The notes: generated by a model not told the origin, from the letters alone. A DNA stretch of 64,000 nucleotides from Candidatus Thalassarchaeum sp. (GCA_016777225.1 JADHRW010000001.1:170981-234980), one strand, 5' to 3'; positions 19,783 to 30,249 are shown, counted from the first letter of the stretch. Program-made: numbers and translations.

Positions 19783-20649
19783 GTGGTCGACGTAGATACT
19801 GCCCTCCGCGCTAGCGCTTACAATGAACGTAAGCGTAAGTCTAGTGGTGGTAAAGAAGAAAAGAAAACTACTTCTAAAAAAATTGAGCCATTCGATCCTG
19901 TTGCGCATGCAATAAAGGAACTAGCAGATGCTTATTCAATGTGGGTTGTACTAATTTATGGGTCGTTAGTTGCAATAGGTGAACGTTATCTATTAATGCC
20001 TTCAATGGAAGAACCTGGTGCGATATTATATCTTTTACCATTACTATTATCTGCAACGATTATTCCATTACATCGAATTGTATTGCCGAAGAAATATAAT
20101 GAATTGTACACTAATGGAAATTGGTTTAGGGCGATATTTTTGTTTATATTTACTTGGTTAGCATTGTCATTCATTGTTTCTAACCCTCCATTGGCAGATA
20201 TTGCGCCACCGACACTAGCAGGAGGGATAGATATTGAACAAACCGAAGGTATTGAAAATACTAATTGGGATAATGGTGTATACACGATAGATCTCAACCA
20301 AGACACCGTAGATGTCGTTTTAGGGATGGCAGTAAGAGATAATGTTGAGGCAGAGTCAGTACAAATAAATGCAGCAATTTATTATCGAGGAGAAATGATT
20401 CAAGAGTTGGCTAATGGTACTGCCATTTCACATACTGAAGATATAGAAATGTTTTCATCAGTAACTAATTGGAGTAGAGGAGCTAAAATAGGCCAGCATG
20501 AAAGTGATGTAGGAATGGCTTGGGATTTAGGAACTCTTGAACCGGGAGAATATACTCTAGAAATTACAATGACTGAACAAGGAAATCCTTGGGTAAATAC
20601 TTCTGAATTAGAATATACTATCCTAATAGCACAAACTACTGTACTTTAA
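19783..20649 (+). CDS. Membrane protein with extracellular Ig-like C-terminal domain
   Basis: Basic N-terminus, 3 TM segments, NPPLADIAPP then beta-rich domain ending LEPGEYTLEIT. Confidence 0.6.
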   Translation: MVDVDTALRASAYNERKRKSSGGKEEKKTTSKKIEPFDPVAHAIKELADAYSMWVVLIYGSLVAIGERYLLMPSMEEPGAILYLLPLLLSATIIPLHRIVLPKKYNELYTNGNWFRAIFLFIFTWLALSFIVSNPPLADIAPPTLAGGIDIEQTEGIENTNWDNGVYTIDLNQDTVDVVLGMAVRDNVEAESVQINAAIYYRGEMIQELANGTAISHTEDIEMFSSVTNWSRGAKIGQHESDVGMAWDLGTLEPGEYTLEITMTEQGNPWVNTSELEYTILIAQTTVL

Positions 20650-21595
20650 TCTGAGAACAAATTTTCGCAGTCATTGCGTCTAATTGCAAAGATTCTCCGC
20701 CACCTTCAACCATTCTAAAATCGGTTTCAGCCATTACTTCGGTTACTTTGAGTTTTTGAGATTCATCAAAGAATGAAACACTACCCAATTCTCTATGTAA
20801 CTGATTGACTAAATCTGTACCTGCTAAACCAAATCTATCTAGAAGTTCTCTAAGTCTTCTTCTAGCAGGTTGAAATCCATCTTGTTGACATGCTAGGAAA
20901 TAACCATGTAATTCTTCAGGAGGAGCAGTGGCAGTTGTTTCATAGATTAATTCACGGGTCACATTAGTATCTAATGAAGCAGCAACTTGTAAGGAGGTAA
21001 TTGCCTTCCTTAAATCTCCAAGAGAAACATGAACAATAGCATCGGCTGCTTCTGGATGTAGTTCAATATCTTCTCCTAAAGCAACACTGACAATCATTTC
21101 TCTGACCTGATCTTCAGCTAGCGGACGGAATCTAAATACTGCACATCGAGATTGAATAGGTTCAATAATCTTAGATGAATAGTTGCAAGATAGTATGAAC
21201 CTACAGGTTTCTGCATATTGTTCCATTATTCTCCTAAGTGCCCCCTGAGCATCAGGAGTCAAGGCATCGGCCTCATCCAGAAAAATAACCTTGAATGTAG
21301 TTCCAGGAACCGGAGCAGTTCTAGCAAAAGATTTGACTTTAGTTCGTATTGACTCTAATTTTCTCTCATCACTAGCATTCATTTCCAACATATTTGTACG
21401 ATATCCTTCTCCAAATACATCCCTAGCCAAAGCAATTGCAGCAGTAGTTTTTCCAGTCCCTGGAGGACCAGCAAACAAAAGATGAGGGAAGGTACGTTTC
21501 TGTGCATATGCCTTGAGTCTTTCAACAACTGCACGCTGACCTTTGATGTCACCAACTGTACGCGGGCGATGGCGTTCTACCCAAAGTTCACTCAT
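20636..21595 (-). CDS. rfcS: Replication factor C small subunit
   Basis: WVERHRP, GPPGTGKT, EMNASDER, FLDEAD, IQSRC. Confidence 0.96.
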   Translation of the reverse strand: MSELWVERHRPRTVGDIKGQRAVVERLKAYAQKRTFPHLLFAGPPGTGKTTAAIALARDVFGEGYRTNMLEMNASDERKLESIRTKVKSFARTAPVPGTTFKVIFLDEADALTPDAQGALRRIMEQYAETCRFILSCNYSSKIIEPIQSRCAVFRFRPLAEDQVREMIVSVALGEDIELHPEAADAIVHVSLGDLRKAITSLQVAASLDTNVTRELIYETTATAPPEELHGYFLACQQDGFQPARRRLRELLDRFGLAGTDLVNQLHRELGSVSFFDESQKLKVTEVMAETDFRMVEGGGESLQLDAMTAKICSQIKVQ

Positions 21596-21657
21596 AACAA
21601 TCAAATCTATGCAAAGGGGGCTGTCCTTGAACGTTTTGAGTAGTGATGGTTGAACTA

Positions 21658-22473
21658 TTAGTAACCTTCATCGGCATTTGGGAATTCTTTATGACGTACA
21701 TCTTCGATGTACTGCTTGACTGCTCCATCAATAGTTTCACCTAAATCTGCATATCTTCTTAAGAATCTGGGGCTGAAATCTTTTGTGATTCCGAGCATAT
21801 CATGGAGGACTAATACTTGGCCGTCACAATCAACTCCTGCGCCTATTCCAATAGTAGGAATTGTAAGGGCCTCACTGACTTTCTTAGCCAAATCAGCAGG
21901 TATCTTTTCAAAGACAATTGAGAAACATCCAGCATCTTGTAATGCTTTCGCATCCTCAAGTAATTTAGTGGCCTCATCTTGCTCTTTAGCTCTAACGCTG
22001 TAAGTACCAAACTTGTATATTGATTGAGGAGTTAATCCTAGATGCCCCATGACTGGAATTCCTGCTTGTTGGATGCGTTTCACAGATTCAACTACTTCAG
22101 AACCACCTTCGAGCTTTACTGCATGACCACCAGATTCTTTCATAATACGGATTGCAGAATCAAGTGCTGTTTTAGAATCTCCTTGATAAGTACCAAATGG
22201 CATATCAACTACTACTAGTGCCCTATCTACTCCTTTAATTACACATTGAGCATGATAAATCATATGTTCTAAAGTAATAGGAACAGTTGTTTCGTTACCT
22301 GCCATCACATTAGATGCTGAGTCCCCTACTAAAATAACATCAATTCCCGCAGCATCTACCAGTCTTGCTAAAGAATAATCATATGAAGTAAGCATAGTGA
22401 TTTTTTCACCAGATCTTTTCATCTCCTGAAGAGTGTGAGTAGTGACTTTTTTGACTCGACTAGATATGGGCAT
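21658..22473 (-). CDS. panB: 3-methyl-2-oxobutanoate hydroxymethyltransferase
   Basis: [40 protein letters not shown]. Confidence 0.96.
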   Translation of the reverse strand: MPISSRVKKVTTHTLQEMKRSGEKITMLTSYDYSLARLVDAAGIDVILVGDSASNVMAGNETTVPITLEHMIYHAQCVIKGVDRALVVVDMPFGTYQGDSKTALDSAIRIMKESGGHAVKLEGGSEVVESVKRIQQAGIPVMGHLGLTPQSIYKFGTYSVRAKEQDEATKLLEDAKALQDAGCFSIVFEKIPADLAKKVSEALTIPTIGIGAGVDCDGQVLVLHDMLGITKDFSPRFLRRYADLGETIDGAVKQYIEDVRHKEFPNADEGY

Positions 22474-22535
22474 ATACTCACTTCCTGTGCACTCCGATAG
22501 ACATCCATGCCTTCAATTGAACTCCTACTCAATCA

Positions 22536-24206
22536 CTAATCGAAATCTAATTCCTCGACTCCTCTTAAAAATTCATCAATTTCTAACACGCCATCATCAT
22601 TTTCATCCGCAGAATGGAAATATGTCCTCAAAGCGTCCCAATTTCCATCTTCCGATGTTGAGAAACCAAGAGCAGACATTGCAGCGATAAATTCATTTAA
22701 ATTAAGATGATTATTTCTCTCAGTATCCGCAGCATGGAATGCAGCCCATCGCCTACGATGTTCGACTTCATCAGGATTTGTAAACTGGAGACGGAATGTA
22801 TCCCAAGGAGTTATAGGACTTTCAACAGGATTTCTTCCATAAAAACTGTAAATTATTATGCCGATTATAATAGCAGATAATGCGCCAATGACTGCTTTCA
22901 TCCCCATTGCGTAGATTAGTACTAGGCCACCTAAAATTCCTGAAATTTGTAAGACAGGGAAGAATGGAGACTTCCATGTAGGCTCATACCAATGAGATTT
23001 CGCAGAAGTTCTCAAAACTAGAACACAAGCGTTAATCAAGATGAAGACCATGATATTGAATCCAGAAGCTAGTTCTGCAACATCATGAACTGGTAGGTAA
23101 AGAATTGCAGCTGCCATCGAAAGACCAGTGCCAATTATCGCCCAATGGGGAGTTTCATATTTATTATGGACATTCTCGAAAAGAGCTGGTAATAAACTGT
23201 CACGAGCCATAGCAAAAAGGAATCTTGATGCAGCCATAATACCAGCAAGAGCACCAGAAAGAACGGTTACAGCAGCAAAAGTAGCTGCTATTGTTGCAAT
23301 CGTCTTACCACCTGTGCTCAAAGCGAAAACATAGATAGGATCTTCTCTAGCATGTCCCCCCTCAACATAACTAGTTGGATCTACAGTAATTGCCATAGTT
23401 AGAGTAACAAAAACATATAAAAAAATACTAAATAATAAAGAAATTAGAATACCTTGTGGCATATTTTTACCTGGGTTTTTGATTTCTCCCCCAACTGCAG
23501 CGAGTTTCGTCACCCCTATGTATGAAACAAAAACTAGAGCAGCAGTTGATGAGAAACTATGCCAATCTGCACCTAATGCTTCTCGAGATAAGGCAGCATC
23601 CCAATTCAATTCTGTAGTTGCTAATGCCCAAATACAGACACAAATTAGATAGGTCACTGAAACTAAAACTATTGGTGTTTGAACTTTCTTAATACTTTTA
23701 GCGCCTAAAATATTGATTCCTACTATCAAGGCTAGCATAATCATTACAGCGGCATCAAGATTTATTGAAATGCCAATAATCCCTTCTAATACCCATAAAT
23801 ATGCTCTGAAACCAATAAGAGCAAAGGCAGATTTTAGCATAAAGTTAGCCCATAATCCTAAACCAGATATTGTCCCAATTATTGGACCAAATGTTTTCTC
23901 AATATACACATATGCGCCACCTGAAGTAGGCATTGCAGTAGCCAGTTCAGATTTGGAAATCGCACCAGGCAATACAACTAAACCTGCAAATAGGTATGCT
24001 AACCAAATACCCCCTAGAGGAGATTCACCTCCACCTAATTCCATCATGGCTAAAGAAGGAAGAACGAATAAACCACTTCCAAGCATTGCGGAAATCGAAA
24101 GTATGACTACAGAAAATAATCCTAATTTTCTCTCTAAAGTTTCCGATACCTTATCGAGTGGTTGAAGAACTATGCCAAAAACCTCTTTCGGTGAAAGCCT
24201 ATCCAT
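22536..24206 (-). CDS. APC-family amino acid permease with C-terminal EF-hand pair
   Basis: LERKLGL, GSGLF, ELATAMPTSGG, EIKNP, SRFLFAMARD; DTERNNHLNLNEF and DENDDGVLEIDEF loops; ATG 24206 preferred. Confidence 0.85.
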   Translation of the reverse strand: MDRLSPKEVFGIVLQPLDKVSETLERKLGLFSVVILSISAMLGSGLFVLPSLAMMELGGGESPLGGIWLAYLFAGLVVLPGAISKSELATAMPTSGGAYVYIEKTFGPIIGTISGLGLWANFMLKSAFALIGFRAYLWVLEGIIGISINLDAAVMIMLALIVGINILGAKSIKKVQTPIVLVSVTYLICVCIWALATTELNWDAALSREALGADWHSFSSTAALVFVSYIGVTKLAAVGGEIKNPGKNMPQGILISLLFSIFLYVFVTLTMAITVDPTSYVEGGHAREDPIYVFALSTGGKTIATIAATFAAVTVLSGALAGIMAASRFLFAMARDSLLPALFENVHNKYETPHWAIIGTGLSMAAAILYLPVHDVAELASGFNIMVFILINACVLVLRTSAKSHWYEPTWKSPFFPVLQISGILGGLVLIYAMGMKAVIGALSAIIIGIIIYSFYGRNPVESPITPWDTFRLQFTNPDEVEHRRRWAAFHAADTERNNHLNLNEFIAAMSALGFSTSEDGNWDALRTYFHSADENDDGVLEIDEFLRGVEELDFD

Positions 24207-24287
24207 ATATTTGCGAAACAAACATTACAATTCAAGGTTTGGTCGTCACAATTATTAATGTTGGAGAGTGTTACAGGCTAAAATAAG

Positions 24288-25316
24288 ATGAAGACGCTCA
24301 CCGCTATAATCACTCTGATTATAATTACGAGTTCAATGAGCGGATGTCTATCATTAACTGACAAAACAGAAGAAAATAATGATGACGATTTAACACCTCT
24401 GAGAATAAATCACATTCAGGTTAAAGGAACACATAATTCATACCATTTAGAACCTTTAGGACCTACAATAAGAGCTTATGAATATTCACATCAACCATTA
24501 GAAATACAGGCTGAAGAACAAGGAGTGAGACAGTTTGAAATTGATGTTTGGTGGGATGCAAGAGGACAACTTTATGTTTATCATAATCAGTATGATTTAC
24601 GAACCACATGTGTGACATTTGAAGAATGCCTAAACACACTCCTAAATTGGTCTGATGAGAATTCAGAACATGTACCTTTAATGATCTGGATTGAACCTAA
24701 GGAATGGGTGGAACAGAGTACTGATAGCACTATTGTAGTAGATTTACAAAATATGTTAGATCATATTGAAGAAGAAATTACTCAATTTTGGCCTCGAAAT
24801 AAAACAATCACTCCAGATGATGTTAGAGGCGATTCAGAAACGCTTTCCCAAGCAATACTCGAAAAAGGTTGGCCATTATTAGATGATTCAAGGGGGAAAG
24901 CAATATTTATTCTCTTATCAAGTGGAGATTTAAGAGAAAGATATCACGAAAAATATCCCGGATTAAATGATTCTAGAATGTTCACAATGTCAGAAGTTGG
25001 TACACCAGAGGCTGCAATATTTTCGAATACTGATCCTTTAGGAAGTGGCGAAGAAATAATTGCACTAATAGAAGAGGGTTATATTGTCAGATCTAGAGCA
25101 GATAATGCAGAAAACGGAGAAGCGGATAATAACGACACTAGTAGGCGAGATGCTGCAATTTCTGTAGGTGCACATTCGATATCTACAGACTATCCGGCTA
25201 AAGTCGATGGAATTGATTATTGGGTAGAAATACCTAACGGAAATCCAGTTGCGTGTAATCCAATATCTGCACCAAATGACTGTACTTCTGAAAGAATTGA
25301 GTCATTAAATGACTGA
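24288..25316 (+). CDS. Lipoprotein, Ca2+-dependent PI-PLC-like phosphodiesterase
   Basis: Lipobox MSGC, GTHNSYH, GVRQFEIDV, IWIEPK, GWPLL...RGK, YIVRSRAD, GAHSISTDY. Confidence 0.8.
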   Translation: MKTLTAIITLIIITSSMSGCLSLTDKTEENNDDDLTPLRINHIQVKGTHNSYHLEPLGPTIRAYEYSHQPLEIQAEEQGVRQFEIDVWWDARGQLYVYHNQYDLRTTCVTFEECLNTLLNWSDENSEHVPLMIWIEPKEWVEQSTDSTIVVDLQNMLDHIEEEITQFWPRNKTITPDDVRGDSETLSQAILEKGWPLLDDSRGKAIFILLSSGDLRERYHEKYPGLNDSRMFTMSEVGTPEAAIFSNTDPLGSGEEIIALIEEGYIVRSRADNAENGEADNNDTSRRDAAISVGAHSISTDYPAKVDGIDYWVEIPNGNPVACNPISAPNDCTSERIESLND

Positions 25317-25317
25317 A

Positions 25318-25965
25318 TTAAGCCCTTGCTATAACTTTCAACTCTACAGCAATTGGAGTAGGTAGAGCAGTAACAGCACAAGTAGTTCTTGAAGGCATGA
25401 TTTCTGAGAAGTATTCAGCATAGACTTCATTGTATCCTGCGAAATCTCTATCCATATCTACAAGCATAGAATATACATCCACTACATTTTCTAAACTTGA
25501 ACCATATTCTTCAAGAATTATCCTAATATTATCTATTACTGAACGAGTTTGCGCTTTAATATCATAATCTAGAGGATTACCATCTTCATCTTTTATAGGT
25601 CCACCGGGGATTTCATTGGTAACTGGAGTTCTAGGGCCTATACCACTAACAAAGATCAGATCTCCTACTCTATGCAAATGAGGATATGCACCTACTGCTG
25701 AAGGGCCCTCTGTTGAAATAAATGGGCCATTTTCAGTAACTAATTTGCCAGCCGTTTTCTTACCTACGACACCGCCAACAATACCTCCAACAGGTCCGCC
25801 GACTGCTACTCCTGCAGCTGCACCCAGAGCACCACCAGCCGAACTAAGTAATGATTTACCATAATCTGAATATACCTTCTCGATAAATTCATCAGGAGCG
25901 AACACAATGCCTTCTATGAGTTTACGACGTCTTTCAAAGTCATTTAACTCATCATCGGACATCAA
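25318..25965 (-). CDS. RidA-family protein (2-aminomuconate deaminase-like) with N-terminal glycine-zipper extension
   Basis: VGAYPH, FVSG, DIKAQT, DFAGYNEVYAEYF, PSRTT, LPTPIAVELK; operonic with amnBA-like genes. Confidence 0.8.
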   Translation of the reverse strand: MMSDDELNDFERRRKLIEGIVFAPDEFIEKVYSDYGKSLLSSAGGALGAAAGVAVGGPVGGIVGGVVGKKTAGKLVTENGPFISTEGPSAVGAYPHLHRVGDLIFVSGIGPRTPVTNEIPGGPIKDEDGNPLDYDIKAQTRSVIDNIRIILEEYGSSLENVVDVYSMLVDMDRDFAGYNEVYAEYFSEIMPSRTTCAVTALPTPIAVELKVIARA

Positions 25966-26888
25966 AAATCCCCCTTATTTAGCACATTTCTATCGCCTTG
26001 ATAATATTCAACATCATCTTCATCAAATTCTTTATCTCCAAAAGAACCTGTTGAAGGAGTTAGTTGAATTACTGCTCCTCCAGAACCATGTAATGCTTCG
26101 TAAGCTAATACCTCGCCTTCGTAATTATTGTGCTGACCCATTGTTGCGGCTAACCACCAAGCCGGTTTGTATGCAACTACTTTTTGAACTCTGATTTGAC
26201 CATGTATTTCTCGACTTAGTTGACTTAAATCTTCAAGTCTACCGTCGGCAAAGAATTGAAGAATTTTCTCATTCCATTCATTGTCTTTGGGACTATGGAT
26301 TCTATCATCAACAGGATCTATATGTTCAGTGAACATCCGATTAGAAAGACTAGAAACTACTACTATCACCGCTTTCTTACCTTGAGTTATCAAAGCATCT
26401 CTAGCAGATTTACCAAGAACTATTGTTTCTGAACGATTAGAATACATATTACTAGAAACAATACATGCAGGTATACGATTATCAGGATTCAATAAACTAA
26501 GTGCTACTACCGAACCTGTATCAATAGGAAATCCTTCATACTCTACGGTGCGGGCATGTAGTCCTCTTTTTTCTGCCGCTGCACAGTATTCATGAGCGAA
26601 TTCATCATCGATAGAGAAATTATATGGCATACTTCCTAAATAATGGAAATCATCATCAACATGAGTCCAAATTGATTCTTTCAGTGCTTGGATCTGGTGC
26701 CCTACAACACTTGGCCATGTAGTAGAATATACTAGTATTAAATCAGCATCACTTTCTTCAATTCTTTTGCGACAAGTTTCGAATGCTGATCTAAGGTTAG
26801 AGTATCCTTTATTGGCGTCTGGGCTGAGAAGAGGTTGAGGGTGTGGTGGGACATACAGTCCGAATAAAATAGGTGAATCTTCGCTCAT
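25962..26888 (-). CDS. amnA: 2-aminophenol 1,6-dioxygenase alpha-like subunit (non-catalytic LigB fold)
   Basis: LigB-family paralog of the neighbour; TTW replaces the metal-binding PHW; GFPIDTG. Confidence 0.75.
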   Translation of the reverse strand: MSEDSPILFGLYVPPHPQPLLSPDANKGYSNLRSAFETCRKRIEESDADLILVYSTTWPSVVGHQIQALKESIWTHVDDDFHYLGSMPYNFSIDDEFAHEYCAAAEKRGLHARTVEYEGFPIDTGSVVALSLLNPDNRIPACIVSSNMYSNRSETIVLGKSARDALITQGKKAVIVVVSSLSNRMFTEHIDPVDDRIHSPKDNEWNEKILQFFADGRLEDLSQLSREIHGQIRVQKVVAYKPAWWLAATMGQHNNYEGEVLAYEALHGSGGAVIQLTPSTGSFGDKEFDEDDVEYYQGDRNVLNKGDF

Positions 26889-26897
26889 ATAATCACC

Positions 26898-27803
26898 TTA
26901 AAGAACTAACTCCCTTGTATTTGTATTTGGGTCCCAACATGCAATACAATTTCCAGTACCAATAACTGATTGATAACCATAAATTTCAGCAGGATAACTT
27001 GGAACACCCATTGCTGCCATCATCCAAATTAGACCACCGGCTTCAGTTTCTGCTATTGTCTGTTCAGTATATTCAGGCATTATATCGACTACTTCCTGCA
27101 TTTTACCTTCTCTAAACATTTCAATGATTTTCATATCCCAAACATATTGACTATGATTGTATATATGTTCCCTACTCATATCTTCAGGAAGAGGTGCTTC
27201 CGTTACGAAATGTCGGTGGCTTAAACTATGACTACTTACTAAAACAACTTTCTTACCGCTTTTTTCTATAGCCTTCATACAAGCTTCTCCTAATGCTTTA
27301 GCTTGTTCAATCATAACTTCGTTGGAGTAATAATGCGAATTACGATTACTAGAAATAGTAACAATTGGTTTATCCCAATCAGGATTCAAAAGATGACATG
27401 AAGTAATTGTCCCATAGTCTACTCTAAAATCTGGATTTCTCATCATTTTTGTGATTATACCTGCCTTAGCAGTTTCTTCATGCATTGCTTCAGCTAACTC
27501 AACATCGACTTTGAGATCATAATTATATCTGAATAAATTAGGGAATACTGGGTCAACTGATTTTGATTTGAAACCAGGAAGTCCTAAGAAATGTGTCCCA
27601 ATATATGTTTGCCAATGAGGTGTAAATATCACAATTGCATCATAATCAATTGTTTTCAATTTTCTAGCAAGTTTAGCATAACCCCAGCGAAGCGTTTCCC
27701 ACCCACCTTCACTGAAGGCCTCATTCTGTGGAGGATTCTCTGCATAAACAAGATGAGGAGGGTGTGGTGCAAGACAACCAAGTACAATTTCGCCTTTCTT
27801 CAT
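26898..27803 (-). CDS. amnB: 2-aminophenol 1,6-dioxygenase beta-like catalytic subunit
   Basis: LAPHPPHLVYAENPPQNE..S.GGWE.LRW, TPHW, SVDPVFPNLFRY, KMMRNPDFRVDYGT, LSH, VIGTGN match AmnB/CnbCb as remembered; ATG 27803. Confidence 0.88.
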   Translation of the reverse strand: MKKGEIVLGCLAPHPPHLVYAENPPQNEAFSEGGWETLRWGYAKLARKLKTIDYDAIVIFTPHWQTYIGTHFLGLPGFKSKSVDPVFPNLFRYNYDLKVDVELAEAMHEETAKAGIITKMMRNPDFRVDYGTITSCHLLNPDWDKPIVTISSNRNSHYYSNEVMIEQAKALGEACMKAIEKSGKKVVLVSSHSLSHRHFVTEAPLPEDMSREHIYNHSQYVWDMKIIEMFREGKMQEVVDIMPEYTEQTIAETEAGGLIWMMAAMGVPSYPAEIYGYQSVIGTGNCIACWDPNTNTRELVL

Positions 27804-27888
27804 GTTCGGTCGGAGACTCTCCTTATTGATGAATGAGACGCATTGGGCCATTCAGAGTATTATATGCTAGATACTAATCCGGTAATCA

Positions 27889-28296
27889 ATGAAGTGGGAG
27901 TCTGCTCCACTGTGGCCGGTAGTTCTCCCCTCTATTACAGGTTTATTGCTATCTTTTATCCCATATCTATTTGAGTTAGAATATTTCAGTAAAAGAAATC
28001 TTGTAGCACCAATATTAATCTTGTCAATATTCGGACTTGCTTGTATGCTATTACCTGAAAAATATGGGAATAAAGTTGAGTTATATGCTGGTTATCTATT
28101 GGCACTTTCATTAACATACTCATTCCGATTTTTATTCGGCTTCTATGGGATAGTTGTAGTAGTTCTTTTTTGGATAGGTCAATCATTCTACATATGGCAG
28201 TATAATTATCCACCATTTAGAATAGGAATTTGGTTAGCATTAGGTGCGATTTCAGGGTTATATATTGGTGGGATTTTGGCTTATAATTTATTTTGA
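27889..28296 (+). CDS. Small membrane protein
   Basis: 4-5 hydrophobic segments; TTATA at -29..-25. Confidence 0.6.
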   Translation: MKWESAPLWPVVLPSITGLLLSFIPYLFELEYFSKRNLVAPILILSIFGLACMLLPEKYGNKVELYAGYLLALSLTYSFRFLFGFYGIVVVVLFWIGQSFYIWQYNYPPFRIGIWLALGAISGLYIGGILAYNLF

Positions 28297-29696
28297 TTCC
28301 TACGAAAATTAACCATTCCCTCAAGAACTATACCCGTGATTATGAATGCCGGTAAACTTGCTAATAATCCAGTCCATAACAATTTATCGTCGACATAGTG
28401 AGGAGTAATTCGTACTTCACCTAATGCATCAGAATCTAAAGCATCAGATTCAGAAATTTTTACAAGAATTACATAAACATCAAACAGACTATCGGGAGTC
28501 ACTTCTAACTCAATTGAAGTATTAGTTTGTAGAGATGTTAGTTGACCTTCTGAAACAAAAGAATTCCAATCAAAAATTCCTTTTTCAACATGTTCTTCGA
28601 CATTATCTCTTTGTATTAATAGCACATCTATATCATAATTACCAACATTTGATACATCTACAAATACAGGATCCCACAAGCTGTGAACTTCGATAGTATC
28701 TAAATTAATATCACCAATTCCCACTCTTATATTTGCTTCATCATCATCAGTTCCAGGTCCATCTACTACACCAATCATTAACCATGAAGAACAAATAATC
28801 ATAGTAAATATAGATGCCATTAGTTGATTTCTATTTGGTAATAATGGACTCCACCCCTTTTCAGTCCTTGCGCGAACAATTGGTTGTACTGAATGTACAA
28901 AAGATGATGTGATTATTGCTAGTAAAATTCCCGGGATAATATCAACAAACCAATGAATCCCCAGATACTGGATAGAGAATAAGTAAATTATCACATTAAA
29001 GGTAACAAACATATCAAATTCCTTATGCCTCCAATCATTAAAATCTATTTCTAATTGCCTACAATGTAATCGATTAATTATGAGTAAACTGATGGGTAAG
29101 CCTACATGTAAACTAGGGATTGCATTATCCATCGGATCATTATCTGTGAAAAAGGCTAATGTGAATGAATCGTGATAAAGTAATGCATCCATATCAGCGA
29201 GATATGTTGAAGTCACTTCCACATTGAAAAATAGGTATAATGGGACACTGAGGATATAAATTATGAAATAATTGAGAGCGGCTTTATCTGCCATAACTTC
29301 ATCGCGGCATAAAATATAATACATTGGAGAAAACCAAATCATAAACAAATACATGAATAAATAATGTCCAGAAAGAATATTTGTCAAAGTATCATTCAAA
29401 AAGAATTCTTGGATATGGTTTGTCCAATCGCCTTCTATTGAATAAATCCAATGAGTAAATCCTCCTACCCTCTCTTTCATTGGTTCATTATGGTGGTCTA
29501 TTACAGCTTTGTAAAGGAACATAAGTACATAGAGTAAAATGTGCCACCAATAGCCTTTTTCTCGAATTTCATTAGGAAGATCTCTCAAAGAAACTCTCCT
29601 ATCCTTTTCATCTCGTGTCAAAAAGAAATGTATGGGTAATGTCATGAGTAACAAAGCACCCATCGATGTCCCATACGGACCAATCGGCCAATCCAT
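28281..29696 (-). CDS. PAP2-superfamily membrane protein (Aur1/inositolphosphotransferase-like) with extracellular C-terminal domain
   Basis: NAIPSLH and YLGIHWFVDIIPG motifs, multiple TMs. Confidence 0.75.
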   Translation of the reverse strand: MDWPIGPYGTSMGALLLMTLPIHFFLTRDEKDRRVSLRDLPNEIREKGYWWHILLYVLMFLYKAVIDHHNEPMKERVGGFTHWIYSIEGDWTNHIQEFFLNDTLTNILSGHYLFMYLFMIWFSPMYYILCRDEVMADKAALNYFIIYILSVPLYLFFNVEVTSTYLADMDALLYHDSFTLAFFTDNDPMDNAIPSLHVGLPISLLIINRLHCRQLEIDFNDWRHKEFDMFVTFNVIIYLFSIQYLGIHWFVDIIPGILLAIITSSFVHSVQPIVRARTEKGWSPLLPNRNQLMASIFTMIICSSWLMIGVVDGPGTDDDEANIRVGIGDINLDTIEVHSLWDPVFVDVSNVGNYDIDVLLIQRDNVEEHVEKGIFDWNSFVSEGQLTSLQTNTSIELEVTPDSLFDVYVILVKISESDALDSDALGEVRITPHYVDDKLLWTGLLASLPAFIITGIVLEGMVNFRRNQNKL

Positions 29697-29777
29697 CAGT
29701 CCTTCGCGTTATACTATGGGTCATCAACCATGCGGAAGTAGAAACAACTTTTATTCTGAAACCTCACATCAACACAC

Positions 29778-30245
29778 ATGGACGGTCATCAGATATGGAT
29801 GACGCAATGTCAAAAAATCAATTATACCCCTAAACCAAGACGCTACGAAGATGGGACAAGAACATCTTCGGATGCTGCTTTACAATTAGGTTGTGATATT
29901 TCACATATTGCTAAATCAATTGTTTTTATTGGAGAAAATAGTGCTATTGTTGTGATTACTTCAGGATCAAATAGAGTAGACAGAAAAAAGAAATTAAAAA
30001 AAATACTGGGATATAAACCAGGTCAGGCATCACCTGAATATGTATTAGAAAATACTGGATATGCTGTTGGAGGTGTCCCTCCTTTCGGTCATATGAAAAA
30101 TACTAAGATAATAATGGACGAAGATTTATTTGATTATGAGCTAATTTGGGGAGCAGGTGGTACTGCAGATACTGTATTTCCAATTACTCCAGATAAGCTA
30201 CTAGAAATCAGTCAGGCTTCAGTAAAAGATGTAAAACAAAAGTGA
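29778..30245 (+). CDS. YbaK/EbsC aminoacyl-tRNA deacylase family protein
   Basis: IAKSIVF, TGYAVGGVPPFGH, IWGAGG. Confidence 0.88.
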   Translation: MDGHQIWMTQCQKINYTPKPRRYEDGTRTSSDAALQLGCDISHIAKSIVFIGENSAIVVITSGSNRVDRKKKLKKILGYKPGQASPEYVLENTGYAVGGVPPFGHMKNTKIIMDEDLFDYELIWGAGGTADTVFPITPDKLLEISQASVKDVKQK

Positions 30246-30249
30246 TTTT

